The notes under the pieces are model-generated. The model did not search any database. It was not told the DNA's origin and was given only the letters and a program-made list of their open reading frames with translations. This document shows positions 10,285 to 21,602 of a stretch of DNA of 64,000 bases, piece after piece. The translations under genes were made by a program, and so were the position numbers. The stretch covers positions 1,072-65,071 of the forward strand of contig JBDTPJ010000004.1 in assembly GCA_039932755.1 (NCBI GenBank). Reading direction: 5' to 3'. Origin of the DNA: Betaproteobacteria bacterium. GTDB taxonomy: Bacteria > Pseudomonadota > Gammaproteobacteria > Burkholderiales > Casimicrobiaceae. Positions within the stretch are counted from its first letter, which is position 1. Every line of letters begins with the position of its first letter.

Positions 10285-13214
10285 CAGGCGGCCGCGGGCG
10301 CCGCTTCCGCCTCACCGCTTTCAGTCAAGGGGATGCAACTGCAGAAGAGGTTGCGATCGCCGTAGACGTTGTCGACGCGCGCCACCGGCGGCCAATACTT
10401 GACCGCCTTCTGCGCCGCCGTAGGATACGCTGCGGACAGGCGCGAATAGGCATGGGTCCACTCGTCGGCGGACACCGCGGCCGCCGTGTGCGGAGCGTGC
10501 TTCAGCGCATTGTCGGCGCGGTCCATGCGGCCTTCCTCAATGGCGCGAATCTCCGCGCGAATCGCGATCATGGCGTCGATGAAGCGGTCAATTTCGGACA
10601 AGGGCTCCGATTCCGTCGGCTCCACCATCAACGTGCCCGGCACCGGAAAGCTCATTGTCGGCGCGTGAAAGCCGTAGTCGATCAGCCGCTTGGCCACGTC
10701 TTCCACCTCGATCCCCGACGTCGCCTTGAGCGGCCGCAGGTCGAGGATGCACTCGTGCGCCACCAATCCGCCCGGACCGCAGTAGAGCACCGGATAGTGC
10801 GGTGCGAGACGCCTGGCGATGTAGTTGGCCGCGAGAATCGCGCTCTCGCTCGCCGCCTTGAGTCCCTCGCCTCCCATCATGGTCACGTACATCCACGAGA
10901 TCGGCAGGATGGAAGCGCTGCCATAGGGTGCGGCGGAAACCGGACCGATGGCGTGCGCTGCGCGGTCGTCTGCCGGCATGTCGCGGTGTCCGGGAAGAAA
11001 AGGTGCCAGATGCGCCTTGACCGCGACAGGCCCCACACCCGGGCCGCCGCCGCCGTGCGGAATGCAGAACGTCTTGTGCAAGTTAAGGTGCGAGACATCG
11101 GCGCCGAAATGACCGGGTGCCGCGAGACCGACCATCGCGTTGAGATTGGCGCCGTCGACGTAGACCTGCCCGCCATGGCCATGCACAATTTCGCAGAGGC
11201 GCTTGATGCCGGCCTCGAACACGCCGTGCGTGGACGGATACGTGACCATGATCGCGGCGAGGTCGCGCGCGTGCGCGTCGGCCTTCGCTTCGAGATCGGC
11301 CAGGTCCACGTTGCCGTCCGTGTCGCAGGCGACGACGACGACCTGCATGCCGGCCATCTGCGCCGACGCGGGATTGGTGCCATGCGCCGAGGCCGGAATC
11401 AGGCAAACGTTGCGATGCGGCTCGCCGCGACTCCTGTGGTACGCCTCGATCATCAGCAGGCCGGCGTATTCCCCCTGCGACCCGGCATTGGGCTGCAATG
11501 ACACGGCGTCATAGCCCGTGGCCGCGCACATCATCGCCTCCAGTTCATGAATCATGCGGTGGTATCCCGCCGCCTGTTCCGGGGGCGCGAACGGGTGCAC
11601 TGCGCCGAATTCGGGCCACGTCACCGGAATCATCTCGGAGGTCGCGTTCAACTTCATCGTGCACGAACCCAGCGGGATCATCGAACGGTCGAGCGCCAGG
11701 TCGCGATCGGCAAGCTTGCGCAGATAGCGAAGCATGTCGGTTTCAGAGCGATGGCGATGAAAAACCGGGTGCGTCAGGAAAGTCGTGGTGCGGGCAAGCG
11801 TCGACGGCAGACCGTCCGTGACAGCGGCATCGTGATCGGCAACACTGAAGGGCGTGTCGTCGAAATTGAAAATGTCCCAGAGACGCGCAACATCGTTGCG
11901 CGTCGTGGTTTCGTCGAAGGAAATACCAAGCGTGCGTTCGTCGATCTTGCGCATATTGAACCCATACGCGACGCCGCCTTCGAGAATGCCGGCGGTCTTG
12001 GCGCCGGTGGCGACGGTGATCGTGTCGAAGAATGCCTGCGTGGGCACGCTGAACCCGAGCCGCTCCAGGCCCGCCTTGAGAATGGCGGTCAGGCGATGCA
12101 CCCGCCGCGCGATCATCGTCAGTCCTTCCGGGCCGTGATAGACCGCGTACATGGAGGCGATCACGGCCAGCAGTACTTGCGCGGTACAGATGTTCGACGT
12201 CGCTTTTTCGCGGCGGATATGCTGTTCGCGCGTCTGCAACGCGAGGCGATAAGCGGCATTGCCGTTGGCGTCCACGGTTACGCCAACCAGGCGCCCTGGC
12301 ATCGACCGCTTGAACTCGTCGCGGGTCGCGAAATAGCCGGCGTGCGGACCGCCATAGCCCATCGGCACGCCAAAGCGCTGGGTCGACCCGACGACCACAT
12401 CCGCGCCCCATTCACCCGGCGGGGAGAGCAGTGTCAACGCGAGAATGTCCGCGGCGACGATCACCAACCCGCCTTGCGCGTGGACGGCCTCGGTGAGTGC
12501 GCGACCATCGCGGACTTCGCCGGCGACGCCGGGATACTGCAGCAGGACCGCGAATGCTTCGGCAGTGGCTGCGGCGGCTGCCGGCCCGACGACGACTTCG
12601 ATGTCGAGTGGCGCGGCGCGCGTTCGCACCACATCCAGCGTCTGCGGGAATACGTCATCGGCCACGAAGAAGCGCTTGCTCTTGCTTTTGCCGACGCGTA
12701 GTGCCAGCGTCATCGCTTCTGCGGCCGCCGTGGCTTCGTCGAGCATCGAGGCGTTGGCGATCGCCATGCCTGTCAGCTCGCATACCATCGTCTGGAAATT
12801 GACCAGCGCCTCCAAGCGTCCTTGCGAGATTTCCGGCTGGTAGGGAGTGTATGCGGTGTACCACGCCGGGTTCTCCAGGATGTTGCGCAAGATAACGCCC
12901 GGCGTATGCGTGCCGTAGTAACCTTGCCCGATGAAGGACTTCAGCACCTTGTTTTGACCGGCGACCGCGCGCAATCGCGCGAGCGCCTCCGCTTCCGGCA
13001 CCGGCCCCGCCAGCTTGATGGGCGCAGTTTCGCGAATCGCCGGTGGCACGATGGCGTCGATCAATGCGTCGCGCGTCGCATACCCCAGGGTAGCGAGCAT
13101 CGCCGCCTGGTCTTCGTCCGTCGTCCCGATGTGGCGGGCGAGAAATGCGGAACGATCTTCGAGTGCGCGCAACGTCAGCGGCGCAGCACCTGGCTGGAGT
13201 TCATTCATTTTCAT
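10284..13214 (-). CDS. gcvP: Glycine dehydrogenase (decarboxylating), P protein
   Basis: [46 protein letters not shown]. Confidence 0.99.
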   Translation of the reverse strand: MKMNELQPGAAPLTLRALEDRSAFLARHIGTTDEDQAAMLATLGYATRDALIDAIVPPAIRETAPIKLAGPVPEAEALARLRAVAGQNKVLKSFIGQGYYGTHTPGVILRNILENPAWYTAYTPYQPEISQGRLEALVNFQTMVCELTGMAIANASMLDEATAAAEAMTLALRVGKSKSKRFFVADDVFPQTLDVVRTRAAPLDIEVVVGPAAAAATAEAFAVLLQYPGVAGEVRDGRALTEAVHAQGGLVIVAADILALTLLSPPGEWGADVVVGSTQRFGVPMGYGGPHAGYFATRDEFKRSMPGRLVGVTVDANGNAAYRLALQTREQHIRREKATSNICTAQVLLAVIASMYAVYHGPEGLTMIARRVHRLTAILKAGLERLGFSVPTQAFFDTITVATGAKTAGILEGGVAYGFNMRKIDERTLGISFDETTTRNDVARLWDIFNFDDTPFSVADHDAAVTDGLPSTLARTTTFLTHPVFHRHRSETDMLRYLRKLADRDLALDRSMIPLGSCTMKLNATSEMIPVTWPEFGAVHPFAPPEQAAGYHRMIHELEAMMCAATGYDAVSLQPNAGSQGEYAGLLMIEAYHRSRGEPHRNVCLIPASAHGTNPASAQMAGMQVVVVACDTDGNVDLADLEAKADAHARDLAAIMVTYPSTHGVFEAGIKRLCEIVHGHGGQVYVDGANLNAMVGLAAPGHFGADVSHLNLHKTFCIPHGGGGPGVGPVAVKAHLAPFLPGHRDMPADDRAAHAIGPVSAAPYGSASILPISWMYVTMMGGEGLKAASESAILAANYIARRLAPHYPVLYCGPGGLVAHECILDLRPLKATSGIEVEDVAKRLIDYGFHAPTMSFPVPGTLMVEPTESEPLSEIDRFIDAMIAIRAEIRAIEEGRMDRADNALKHAPHTAAAVSADEWTHAYSRLSAAYPTAAQKAVKYWPPVARVDNVYGDRNLFCSCIPLTESGEAEAAPAAA

Positions 13215-13227
13215 TCGTCATGCACTC

Positions 13228-13611
13228 TCAGGCTTCGCCGATCAGTTTTTCGTAGGCCGCCGCATCGAGCATCGTCGCGAGGGCGCCGGTGTCGGCGGGC
13301 TTCAACCGGAACAGCCACGCGGCATAGGCGTCGGCGTTCAGCGATTCCGGCGAATCGGTCAGCGCCTCGTTCACCGCCACCACCTCGCCGGCAATAGGCG
13401 CGTAGACATCGCTCGCCGCCTTGACCGATTCCACGACGGCACAGGCTTCATCGGCTTTCAATTGCCGGCCGACGGCAGGGAGTTCAACGTACACGAGGTC
13501 GCCCAGCGCCGCCTGGGCGTGGTCGGTGATGCCGATCGTGACAGTGCCGTCTGTTTCCGCGCGCAGCCATTCGTGGCTCTCGGCATATTTGAGGCTTGCG
13601 GGTACGTTCAT
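13228..13611 (-). CDS. gcvH: Glycine cleavage H protein
   Basis: [23 protein letters not shown] lipoyl-Lys motif. Confidence 0.99.
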   Translation of the reverse strand: MNVPASLKYAESHEWLRAETDGTVTIGITDHAQAALGDLVYVELPAVGRQLKADEACAVVESVKAASDVYAPIAGEVVAVNEALTDSPESLNADAYAAWLFRLKPADTGALATMLDAAAYEKLIGEA

Positions 13612-13674
13612 GTGGATTCTCCTTTGAACTGCATGCGATCAAAAAATGGAAGGGGAAAAATTATCCAGGGAAAT

Positions 13675-14772
13675 TCAGGAAATGAGCGCCTTGCCGTTGC
13701 GCGCGAACGGCGGCTTGACCACGCGCGCGGCCAGTCGCTTATCGCGCACGACGACGTGGACGATGTCGCCCGGCGCAACGCCGGCGGGGAGGCGCGCGAG
13801 GGCGATGGACTTGCCCAGTGTGGGACTGAACGAGCCGCTGGTGATTTCACCTTCGCCGTGCGCCGTGTGCACAATCTGATGCGCGCGCAGCACGCCTCCT
13901 GCATCGAGCAACAACAACCCGGTGAGCTGCCGCGCGGGAGGGGTTGCCAACAGCGCCGCCTTACCGACAAAGTCGCGCGGGCTCGTGAGATCGACAGTCC
14001 AGGCCAAGCCGGAGACGAGTGGCGACACTGTCTCGTCCATGTCCTGGCCGTAGAGGTTCATTCCTGCTTCGAGTCGCAACGTGTCGCGCGCGCCCAATCC
14101 ACAAGGCTTGACGCCGACGGCGGCAAGCGCCCGCCACACCTCCTCCGCGCGAGTAGCCGGCACCATCACTTCGAAACCGTCTTCGCCTGTATATCCGGTG
14201 CGCGCAACGAAACTTTCCCCCGCTACGTCGCCTGTCGCGGTGCCGTTGAAAGGCTTTAATCCGGCGCTCGCGACCTCGCTGCCGGGCAGCGCCTGCCAGA
14301 CCTTGGCGCGCGCATTGGGACCCTGCACGGCGATCATGGCGAGATCGTCGCGCGGCGTGAGCTTGAGGTGCGGCGCGCGTTCGCTGATCAGACGCCGGAA
14401 CCACGCGATGTCCTTGTCCGCCGTTCCGGCATTGACGACGATGCGAAAGAAATCCTCGCGCAGGAAATACACGATCAGGTCGTCGAGCACGCCGCCATCC
14501 CGCGCAAGGAGGCACGAATACAGCGCCTTGCCCGGCGCTTGCAGCTTGTCGACGTTGTTGGCGAGCGCATAGCGCAGCAAGTCGCGAGCGCGCGCTCCGG
14601 TGAGATCGACCGCGCGCATGTGCGACACATCGAACATGCCCGCGTCGCTGCGCACCGCGTGGTGTTCGTCGATCTGCGACCCGTAGTTGACCGGCATGTC
14701 CCAGCCACCGAAGTCGACCATGCGCGCGCCGAACGCGCGGTGCGTGGCATTGAGCGGGGTTTGTTTCAACAC
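13675..14772 (-). CDS. gcvT: Glycine cleavage aminomethyltransferase T
   Basis: [37 protein letters not shown]. Confidence 0.99.
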   Translation of the reverse strand: MLKQTPLNATHRAFGARMVDFGGWDMPVNYGSQIDEHHAVRSDAGMFDVSHMRAVDLTGARARDLLRYALANNVDKLQAPGKALYSCLLARDGGVLDDLIVYFLREDFFRIVVNAGTADKDIAWFRRLISERAPHLKLTPRDDLAMIAVQGPNARAKVWQALPGSEVASAGLKPFNGTATGDVAGESFVARTGYTGEDGFEVMVPATRAEEVWRALAAVGVKPCGLGARDTLRLEAGMNLYGQDMDETVSPLVSGLAWTVDLTSPRDFVGKAALLATPPARQLTGLLLLDAGGVLRAHQIVHTAHGEGEITSGSFSPTLGKSIALARLPAGVAPGDIVHVVVRDKRLAARVVKPPFARNGKALIS

Positions 14773-14825
14773 TCGACTCTCCGGTAAAGGACGACCATAG
14801 GGCGGAGCAAATCCTCCACTTCGCC

Positions 14826-15070
14826 CCGTCTGTCCTCTTTACCTGAGAGATTTGGGGTAACAAGGCAATGCAACATGAGCCTTGCCACCCGGTGCCCCTT
14901 CGGTGGGCCCCGAGTGACGCCTGGCATCAATGCCGGGCATCCCCCGCGGCCGCTCTCCAGATCGGCGTTGCGTTACGTGCAGTCCTCGGTACCTGAGCGA
15001 TTTCGGGAATACGCCTTCGGCGGCGACTTGCAGCGCGGTAATCTCGCGCGCAGTCACACTCTCCTGCACG
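14826..15070 (-). ncRNA. Tandem glycine riboswitch
   Basis: Two aptamers on the minus strand, each GGAGAG...CCGAAGG...CTCAGGT...GGAC, directly upstream of gcvT. Confidence 0.95.
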
Positions 15071-15130
15071 AACCCGACCGATTCTACCGGCGTCTTGCCC
15101 CGCCGGTCAAAGCCGGCGGCTGGACGGCGC

Positions 15131-15460
15131 CTATTTCTTCAGCGTGAGGATCCAGGTGACGAGCTCGGTGATATCGGCGGTCGGGATCGTCAAATTGGGC
15201 GGCATCGGCACCTGGCCCCAGACACCCGAACCGCCTTCCCTGACCTTCTTGGTGAGCTTGGCGACTGCGTCCTTGTCGCCCTTGTACTTGGCTGCGACGT
15301 CCACGTAGGACGGTCCGACCAGTTTCTTGTCGATGGCATGGCAGGCGGCGCAAGCGTGCTTTTTCATCATGGCTTCGGCCGCGCCATTGTCGAGCACGGC
15401 GTGGGCGGTACCTGCCGACAGCAGGGCGGCGCAGGAAATTATGGCGGAAACGAGTTTCAT
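15131..15460 (-). CDS. Cytochrome c551/c552 (class I)
   Basis: Signal peptide, CAACH, VGPSY..VA.KY, G.GVWG..PMPPN. Confidence 0.95.
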   Translation of the reverse strand: MKLVSAIISCAALLSAGTAHAVLDNGAAEAMMKKHACAACHAIDKKLVGPSYVDVAAKYKGDKDAVAKLTKKVREGGSGVWGQVPMPPNLTIPTADITELVTWILTLKK

Positions 15461-15570
15461 CGGATCTCCGATTTCAGTGGCGCAGAGGTGGATTGAATGC
15501 GGGGCATTGCGAATGTTGCCTCGAGTCGCGCCGGGATGTTAACGCATGTGACGCCATTGCCGCTGCGCCA

Positions 15571-16899
15571 TCACGCCGCCGCGTACAACCGCCACTCCCC
15601 GGGTACACCCTTGAGCGTGTGCGAACCACGGTCGCTGAACGAGAGGCCGGCACCAGACACGAGATCCTTCACCGTACTCGACACCAGAACTTCGCCGTTG
15701 GCGGCCGCGGCGGCCACCCTGGCGCAGATGTGCACCGCTATGCCGCCGACGCCTTCGCCATCGAGCTCAACTTCGCCCGTATGCACGCCCGCACGTATGG
15801 AAATGCCGAGTGGCTCCATCGCATCGCGCATAGCACCTGCGCAGCGCACCGCGCGCGCGGGGCCGTCGAAGGTCGCGAAGAAACCGTCGCCCGCCGTGTT
15901 GATCTCGCGGCCGCGAAAGCGCGCGATCTCGGTTCGCGCAATGGCGTGATGACGGCCGAGCAAGTCACGAAAGGCGCTGTCACCCAGACGCGCAGCGACC
16001 TCGGTGGAACCGACAATGTCGGTAAACATGACGGTCGACAACACGCGGTCATACTCCGGTGCGGGCCGGACGCCGGTCAGGAACTCCTGGATTTCGTCGA
16101 GGAGCGGACCCTGATCTCCCAGCCACACCAAATGATCGTCGCCCGGCAGCTCAACGAACCGCGCACCTGGAATGCGCTCCGCGACGTAGCGGCCCTCGGC
16201 CACATTGACATCCTGATCGCCCGACCGATGCATGACCAGCGTCGGCACACGAATTGCCGGCAGAATGCCGCGAATGTCGATCTGCGTGTTCATGCGCAGT
16301 AACGCCACTGCGGCGCCGGGACTAGCCGCACGCCGGAAATACGTGGCCAGCCGCTGCGCAAACGCGGCATCGCCGACCTTGCTGGGGGCGTAGTGCTCAA
16401 GATCCATGAGGTTGCCCCATTCCCGCTCGACCTGCTCGTATTCCCTCTCCCGTTGCTCGGGCTTGGGTGCCCATGGATAATCGGGGCTCCAGATTCGCTT
16501 GGCGAACGTGTGCGCGAGAACCAGCGCGCGCGTCCGCTCAGGATGCATTGCGGCGAACAACGCAGCCAGGTTTCCCCCTTCCGAATAGCCAAACAGCGCT
16601 GCGCGTCGCGAGCCGACCGCGTCCATGACCACTCGCAGGTCGTCCATCCGCTCCTCGAGCGAAGGCAGCTTGTCGTTGGGCACACGGTCGGACAGGCCCG
16701 TGCCGCGCTTGTCGAACACGATCAGTCGGGAGAACGACGCCAGCCTTTGGAGGAACCTGGCCATCTCCGGCTCCTCCCACGCCAACTCGATGTGGGAGAC
16801 CCAACCTGGAACATAGACGAGATCGAAAGGTCCGTTGCCAACGACCTGGTAGGCGATATGCACGTCGCCGCTGCGTGTGTACTGGGTCTTCGGCGTCAT
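15571..16899 (-). CDS. Alpha/beta-hydrolase fused to class III adenylate/guanylate cyclase (LipJ-like)
   Basis: [16 protein letters not shown], then [24 protein letters not shown]; ATG at 16899 overlaps the upstream stop. Confidence 0.92.
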   Translation of the reverse strand: MTPKTQYTRSGDVHIAYQVVGNGPFDLVYVPGWVSHIELAWEEPEMARFLQRLASFSRLIVFDKRGTGLSDRVPNDKLPSLEERMDDLRVVMDAVGSRRAALFGYSEGGNLAALFAAMHPERTRALVLAHTFAKRIWSPDYPWAPKPEQREREYEQVEREWGNLMDLEHYAPSKVGDAAFAQRLATYFRRAASPGAAVALLRMNTQIDIRGILPAIRVPTLVMHRSGDQDVNVAEGRYVAERIPGARFVELPGDDHLVWLGDQGPLLDEIQEFLTGVRPAPEYDRVLSTVMFTDIVGSTEVAARLGDSAFRDLLGRHHAIARTEIARFRGREINTAGDGFFATFDGPARAVRCAGAMRDAMEPLGISIRAGVHTGEVELDGEGVGGIAVHICARVAAAAANGEVLVSSTVKDLVSGAGLSFSDRGSHTLKGVPGEWRLYAAA

Positions 16900-18962
16900 G
16901 GCGACGGCGGCGTACGCCCACCTTCGGGCGAGGATGCCAATTCGCGTTCGAGTTCCTCGAGCAAGGCAATCGGCGGCAGGCAATGCGTGCCGCGGCACAC
17001 CCAGGCGACCGCGCCCGAACCGGGTCGCGCGCCTTTGACCATCGCCGCAGGTGGGCTTTCCACGCCGGCGATGTTAAAAACTCGCGCCGTCGGTTGGTAG
17101 CGTCTTTCCAGCGCCTGCTGCCACGCAAACGCGTCCTCGATGGCGCCGTCGATGATCACGACGGTAGGTGGCGCTTCGAGTTCCGCGAGGGCACCCAGCA
17201 GCGTCGAACAACCGCCATGCGACTCCTCCAGGATCGCTGTAAAAACTTTCACGCAGCGCTCCGCCGCATCGATGTAGCGAGGTTCCGACGCCAGGTGACC
17301 GAATACGATCAATGCCGTTGCGGCCACACCGTTGCCGGAGGGCGTGGCGTTGTCCGGGCCGGGTTTAGTGCGGTGAAAAAGTTCCTCGTGGTCATGGCTG
17401 GTGAAGTAGAAGCCACCGCGCTCCGCATCCTCGAAGTTGACGAGCAGCGCGTCCGCCAACTCGCGCGCCCAGGCGAAGTCCGCCTCGCGGAATCGCGTCT
17501 GCATCAACTCGACCAGCGCAGCCAGCAGGAACGCATAGTCGTCGAGATAGCCGTTGAGATCAACGTCTTCGCCGAAGCGGGTGGCCAGCAGGCGCCCATC
17601 GCGCCAGACCGTGGTTTTCAGCGAATCGGCGGCGGCCATCGCCAACTCGACCCAGCGTGGTTCATCGTTCGCGCGCGCTGCGCGCGCCAATCCCGAGACA
17701 ACCAGCGCATTCCACGACGTCAAGACCTTGTCGTCGCGGCCGGGCCGAATGCGCTCCTCGCGCGCCGCAAACAATGTGGCGCGTGCACTCGTCAGGCGCG
17801 TTTGTGCGTCGGGAAGGGAAATGTCGAGCGTCGCGGCTACGCGTTCCAGCGGTTCCGTCACCCGCAAATTCCAGGCGCGACCTTCGAAATTCGGCGGGCG
17901 GTCGAGCCCGTAGTGAGGCAAGATCACTTCCCATTCACGTTCGGAGACGAGGCCGCGCACTTCGATCGGCGTCCAGACGTAGAACTTGCCTTCCTCGCCT
18001 TCGCTGTCCGCATCCTGGCTCGAGTAGAACGCCCCATCTGGATCGCGCATTTCCCGCACCAGCCATCCGACGATGTCGCGAGCGACATCCGCAAAATGCG
18101 TGTCGCCGGTTACACGCGCAAGGTCCGCGTAGAGGCCCAGCAACGGCCCGTTGTCGTAAAGCATTTTCTCGAAGTGGGGAATGGTCCAGGTCGCATCGAC
18201 CGAGTAGCGGCAGAAGCCGCCACCCAACTGGTCGTGGATGCCGCCGTCCGCCATGCAGGAAAGTGTCTTGCGCACGACCTCCAGCGCGGCTTCGTCCTGC
18301 CCATTGGCCGCGGCGCGCAGGCAGAATTCGAGTTCCGTCGGATGCGCGAACTTGGGCGCTCGCCCGAACCCACCCCATTCCGGATCAAAACGTTGCTTGA
18401 GTGCCGTAAGCGCCTGCGCCGAGACGCTGTCAGGCAAGACCCTCGTGCCGCCGTCGGGCTCCAGCATGGCCATCGCCTTGGCCAGCTGTGGCCCCCACAT
18501 CGCGATCTCGTCGCCCTTTTGCCTGTAGGCAGCCGCGACGCGTTGCAGCAACTCGAAGAAGCCGCTCAGCCCATGACGTGGTTCCTTCGGAAAATACGTT
18601 CCCGCGACGAATGGCGTGCCGGCCGGCGTCAGGAACATCGTCAGCGGCCAGCCGCCAGGCCGCTGCGTCATGATCGCGTGTGCGGTCTGGTAGATTTGGT
18701 CCAGGTCCGGCCGTTCTTCGCGATCCACCTTGATGTTGACGAAGAGATCGTTCATGACCGCTGCCACCGCAGGGTCCTCGAAGGATTCGTGCGCCATGAC
18801 GTGGCACCAGTGGCACGCCGAATACCCGATCGAAAGCAGGATGGGCTTGTCCTGGTCGCGGGCAAGGCGCAGTGCCTCATCGCTCCAGACGTGCCAGTCG
18901 ACGGGATTTTCCGCGTGCTGCCGCAGATACGGGCTCGTCGCACCGGCCAGGCGATTGGTCAT
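16896..18962 (-). CDS. YyaL/DUF255 thioredoxin-domain protein
   Basis: [45 protein letters not shown]. Confidence 0.93.
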   Translation of the reverse strand: MTNRLAGATSPYLRQHAENPVDWHVWSDEALRLARDQDKPILLSIGYSACHWCHVMAHESFEDPAVAAVMNDLFVNIKVDREERPDLDQIYQTAHAIMTQRPGGWPLTMFLTPAGTPFVAGTYFPKEPRHGLSGFFELLQRVAAAYRQKGDEIAMWGPQLAKAMAMLEPDGGTRVLPDSVSAQALTALKQRFDPEWGGFGRAPKFAHPTELEFCLRAAANGQDEAALEVVRKTLSCMADGGIHDQLGGGFCRYSVDATWTIPHFEKMLYDNGPLLGLYADLARVTGDTHFADVARDIVGWLVREMRDPDGAFYSSQDADSEGEEGKFYVWTPIEVRGLVSEREWEVILPHYGLDRPPNFEGRAWNLRVTEPLERVAATLDISLPDAQTRLTSARATLFAAREERIRPGRDDKVLTSWNALVVSGLARAARANDEPRWVELAMAAADSLKTTVWRDGRLLATRFGEDVDLNGYLDDYAFLLAALVELMQTRFREADFAWARELADALLVNFEDAERGGFYFTSHDHEELFHRTKPGPDNATPSGNGVAATALIVFGHLASEPRYIDAAERCVKVFTAILEESHGGCSTLLGALAELEAPPTVVIIDGAIEDAFAWQQALERRYQPTARVFNIAGVESPPAAMVKGARPGSGAVAWVCRGTHCLPPIALLEELERELASSPEGGRTPPSP

Positions 18963-19008
18963 CGGGTGAATTGCACCTTGCCTGCGAGGCAAACGCACGG
19001 CTGCAACG

Positions 19009-20640
19009 TCATGATTCTTCGAAGGCGACGCGTTCGAAGTCCCCGCCGCGCTGAACGAGCTTGGTCAGGCGGAATTTGCGTTCCGGTCCGGGGTCCATCG
19101 ACCGCAACAACCGGCCAGGATTGAATGTGCGCGGAGGGACGAGCATCGTCACGCGCTCTTCGGGGGTTTCCGAGAGCAGCAACGCGGGCATTGGCGGCTC
19201 CTCGACATACGCAAGCGACATCGGCCGCACCGCGATCGATTTCGGTGTGCCCGCCCATAGCGTGAGCGAAATCGTGAACTCGCCTTGCGGGTCGAGGCAG
19301 ACGCGCGTGACGTGGCCCACCCGCAGGAGATCGTCGTCGCGGGCGATCACCAACTGGTCCAGGAACCAGCGGTAGCGCCCGTGATCGTTGCGGGTGAGCA
19401 CCGCACCGCGCCCCTCGTAGCTCCCCTGCCAGCGCTCCCACGGCCAGTTGCGTTCGGCCTCCTCGCGGTAGCGATCGTAGTCGGTCAGCGCTCCCAAGGT
19501 CTGAAGGTATTGGGCCCCCTGGAACGTAAGGCGCCCCAACGGATCCTGGCGATCGAAGGTGCGTCCGCCCACACGGAAGTACGCCGCCTGCACGCCGCCC
19601 GTGACCAGTTCGAGCGACACGCTGCCCGCTTCTGCGTTGCGCCGGGGCAGTTGATACCAGTGCTCGTCGAGGTGCGAGAGCAGCACGGTGCAGCCTTCGA
19701 CCGAAGCATCGTGGCCCAGTTGCAGCTCGGCCGGGCTGGCGCCGGCCGCCAGCCGCTTCAGTCGTCCGCGGACGCTGGTGGCGAGCTTTCCCGGATAGCC
19801 GAAGCGCATCGAGCGCGGCGGGTCGCGCGGTGCAGTCCCGACCAGCGTGGCGCCCCTCGTGCCGTCCAGGTCGATCAGCATGACCGGGCCTTCCGTCTCG
19901 CGCTGCTGCGCATAGGGAAAAACCTTGCGCGCCCATTGCCCGAGCCAGCGGTCCGTCAATTCGATCTGCCGGATCGACATCGCCCAAGGATCGGCCAGGC
20001 CCAGCATCAGGGCGTGGCAGTAGGTGGAATAGCACGAGATGCCGACCGCATTCGGCGTCAGGTCGTCGGACACCGCGGTCACGGCACAGTCCAGAATTTC
20101 CGTCAGCCGATAGTAGGCGTGCAGCTCCTGCCACAACGCAGCCGGCGCGGCGCGCCTGGCGAGCGCGTGGACCAGCACCAGCTGCTTTCCCACATAGAGT
20201 CCGCGCTGCAGGAGCTTGGCTTTCACCCCCTGCAATTCGGTGTCGCCTTCGAGCAGGGGCTTCAAGCAGGCGGAATATTGGTCCCAGAGCGCATGCCATA
20301 GCGCGATGGCCTGATCCGCCGCTTCGAGTTCGCGATCCGCGGCGGGCTGTGCCTTGCCCGCGAAGCGGCGCGCCAATTCCGTGTGCAGGTGGGCAACCTG
20401 GTCGCGCATGACTTCGGCGATGGTCGCGCGCTCCCTGGGCGTGAACGCCGCCACCGCAACCGCAAGCAACTGGCCGTGAATCGCCTCATAAAGCGGGTTC
20501 ACGCCGGTGACCATCAGCGACTTGGCCCAGCGCTTCGCGCCATCCGCGTCCGCGAACGCGAGCGCCGGGACTTCTCGTCCTGGCGCTCCTTCGCCGGCCG
20601 CGGGAGGCGATGTGAAGGGCGAAGCGATGTCCTTGGTCAT
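19009..20640 (-). CDS. Conserved hypothetical protein (helical, possible degenerate PilZ-like C-terminus)
   Basis: 543-aa ORF with normal composition, co-oriented with the downstream genes; function not recognised. Confidence 0.75.
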   Translation of the reverse strand: MTKDIASPFTSPPAAGEGAPGREVPALAFADADGAKRWAKSLMVTGVNPLYEAIHGQLLAVAVAAFTPRERATIAEVMRDQVAHLHTELARRFAGKAQPAADRELEAADQAIALWHALWDQYSACLKPLLEGDTELQGVKAKLLQRGLYVGKQLVLVHALARRAAPAALWQELHAYYRLTEILDCAVTAVSDDLTPNAVGISCYSTYCHALMLGLADPWAMSIRQIELTDRWLGQWARKVFPYAQQRETEGPVMLIDLDGTRGATLVGTAPRDPPRSMRFGYPGKLATSVRGRLKRLAAGASPAELQLGHDASVEGCTVLLSHLDEHWYQLPRRNAEAGSVSLELVTGGVQAAYFRVGGRTFDRQDPLGRLTFQGAQYLQTLGALTDYDRYREEAERNWPWERWQGSYEGRGAVLTRNDHGRYRWFLDQLVIARDDDLLRVGHVTRVCLDPQGEFTISLTLWAGTPKSIAVRPMSLAYVEEPPMPALLLSETPEERVTMLVPPRTFNPGRLLRSMDPGPERKFRLTKLVQRGGDFERVAFEES

Positions 20641-20995
20641 GGCAAGCCGTGGCAGTCGGACGAAATGGGGTTCAGGCGAGAGGGGCTAAGAAGAAACGAA
20701 CGCGTTGGCAAACCTTCGGCCGGTAGTGCGACCCCGGACGGTCCTTGTGCAAGCGCGCAGCAGGTATTTTGCCGGTCCATTCCATCAGGATTCCCCTATG
20801 AAAAGCCCTTCCAGTTTATAGCACAAAGGCCCCGCGGCCATCCGCCTTGTCCCGTTCGAGTCCGACAGGCGGATCACGGGTCGGCACGCCTTCCCAAGGT
20901 GGGCAATGCGAATTTTCCGCATGCGCCAACACGATTGTTCCGACGCACGGCAGGCAGCCGCGGTCTATCGTTGCCCCATGGTCAACCAAAACGCA

Positions 20996-21161
20996 GCGAT
21001 CGGCTCCCAACGCACCTTGGTTCAGGCCGCAGATCGCCCCTCACCGTTGCCTCCACCCGCGAAGGCGCGCCGACTCGAACAGGGCCGTGCATCCGCCGAT
21101 ACAAGTTCTTCGCTTGGGCGTCGTCTTCGCGGGTTTTTTTTGCAGGCAACGGCTGAACCAA
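20996..21161 (+). ncRNA. Putative structured RNA / attenuator-like leader (unnamed)
   Basis: Nested inverted repeats 21017-21025/21153-21161, 21044-21052/21144-21152, 21055-21064/21125-21134; T8 at 21134-21141. Confidence 0.5.
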
Positions 21162-21172
21162 CGACTGAAACC
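21151..21172 (+). repeat. 22-bp direct repeat, copy 1
   Basis: GGCTGAACCAACGACTGAAACC, 19/22 identical to 21546-21567. Confidence 0.7.
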
Positions 21173-21211
21173 AACGTGCATAGCGGAAGCCACACCAGCA
21201 AGGAGAACACC

Positions 21212-21538
21212 ATGGAAGGGCTGCTGAACCTCGGACTCGGAACCCAATGCGTTGCCAAGGCGCCGGCGCAGAAAAATGAGCCGGACAATATGAGCGCGAC
21301 GCCCGAAGGCCGGTCCTCGCGTGCTGCGGCAGTGTTCGCGACCCTCTGGTTGGCGATCGCGTTGGGTTCGCCGCTCATCGTTCGCTATGCGCCTTCCACC
21401 GACGATCGTGCAATGGAGGCATTGGTCCAGCGGATCGAGCAGAGCCGCTGCGCGAAGACTGCGGATTTGGGTTCGCCGTGTGTCGCACGCATTCTCGTCG
21501 CGCAAGGTTCGCGACCTGCCTCGCAGCCGGACATTTGA
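21212..21538 (+). CDS. Small hypothetical single-TM protein (108 aa)
   Basis: Strong RBS AAGGAG 7 nt before the ATG; hydrophobic stretch AAAVFATLWLAIALGSPLIV; two C-terminal Cys. Confidence 0.6.
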   Translation: MEGLLNLGLGTQCVAKAPAQKNEPDNMSATPEGRSSRAAAVFATLWLAIALGSPLIVRYAPSTDDRAMEALVQRIEQSRCAKTADLGSPCVARILVAQGSRPASQPDI

Positions 21539-21545
21539 TGCTCAG

Positions 21546-21567
21546 GGCTGAATCGAGGACTGAAACC
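21546..21567 (+). repeat. 22-bp direct repeat, copy 2
   Basis: GGCTGAATCGAGGACTGAAACC. Confidence 0.7.
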
Positions 21568-21602
21568 GGCGGACCCCGTGGCGGCGGCCGCAACCCGGAA
21601 CC

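Noticed and set aside
16875-19124. Long antisense ORFs (749 aa here; also 4097-5476, 22509-24002, 48598-50148, 61004-62845)
   Set aside because: Shadows of real genes in high-GC DNA, with no motifs
20706-20745. GGCAAACC resembling the start of a c-di-GMP-I riboswitch
   Set aside because: GNRA loop and GACGCAAAG elements are not present
20851-20866. GTTCGAGTCC resembling a tRNA T-loop
   Set aside because: No T-stem or cloverleaf can be formed
20906-21211. 210-aa version of the orphan ORF
   Set aside because: Non-ATG start with no RBS, running through the structured region; the ATG at 21212 has a strong RBS
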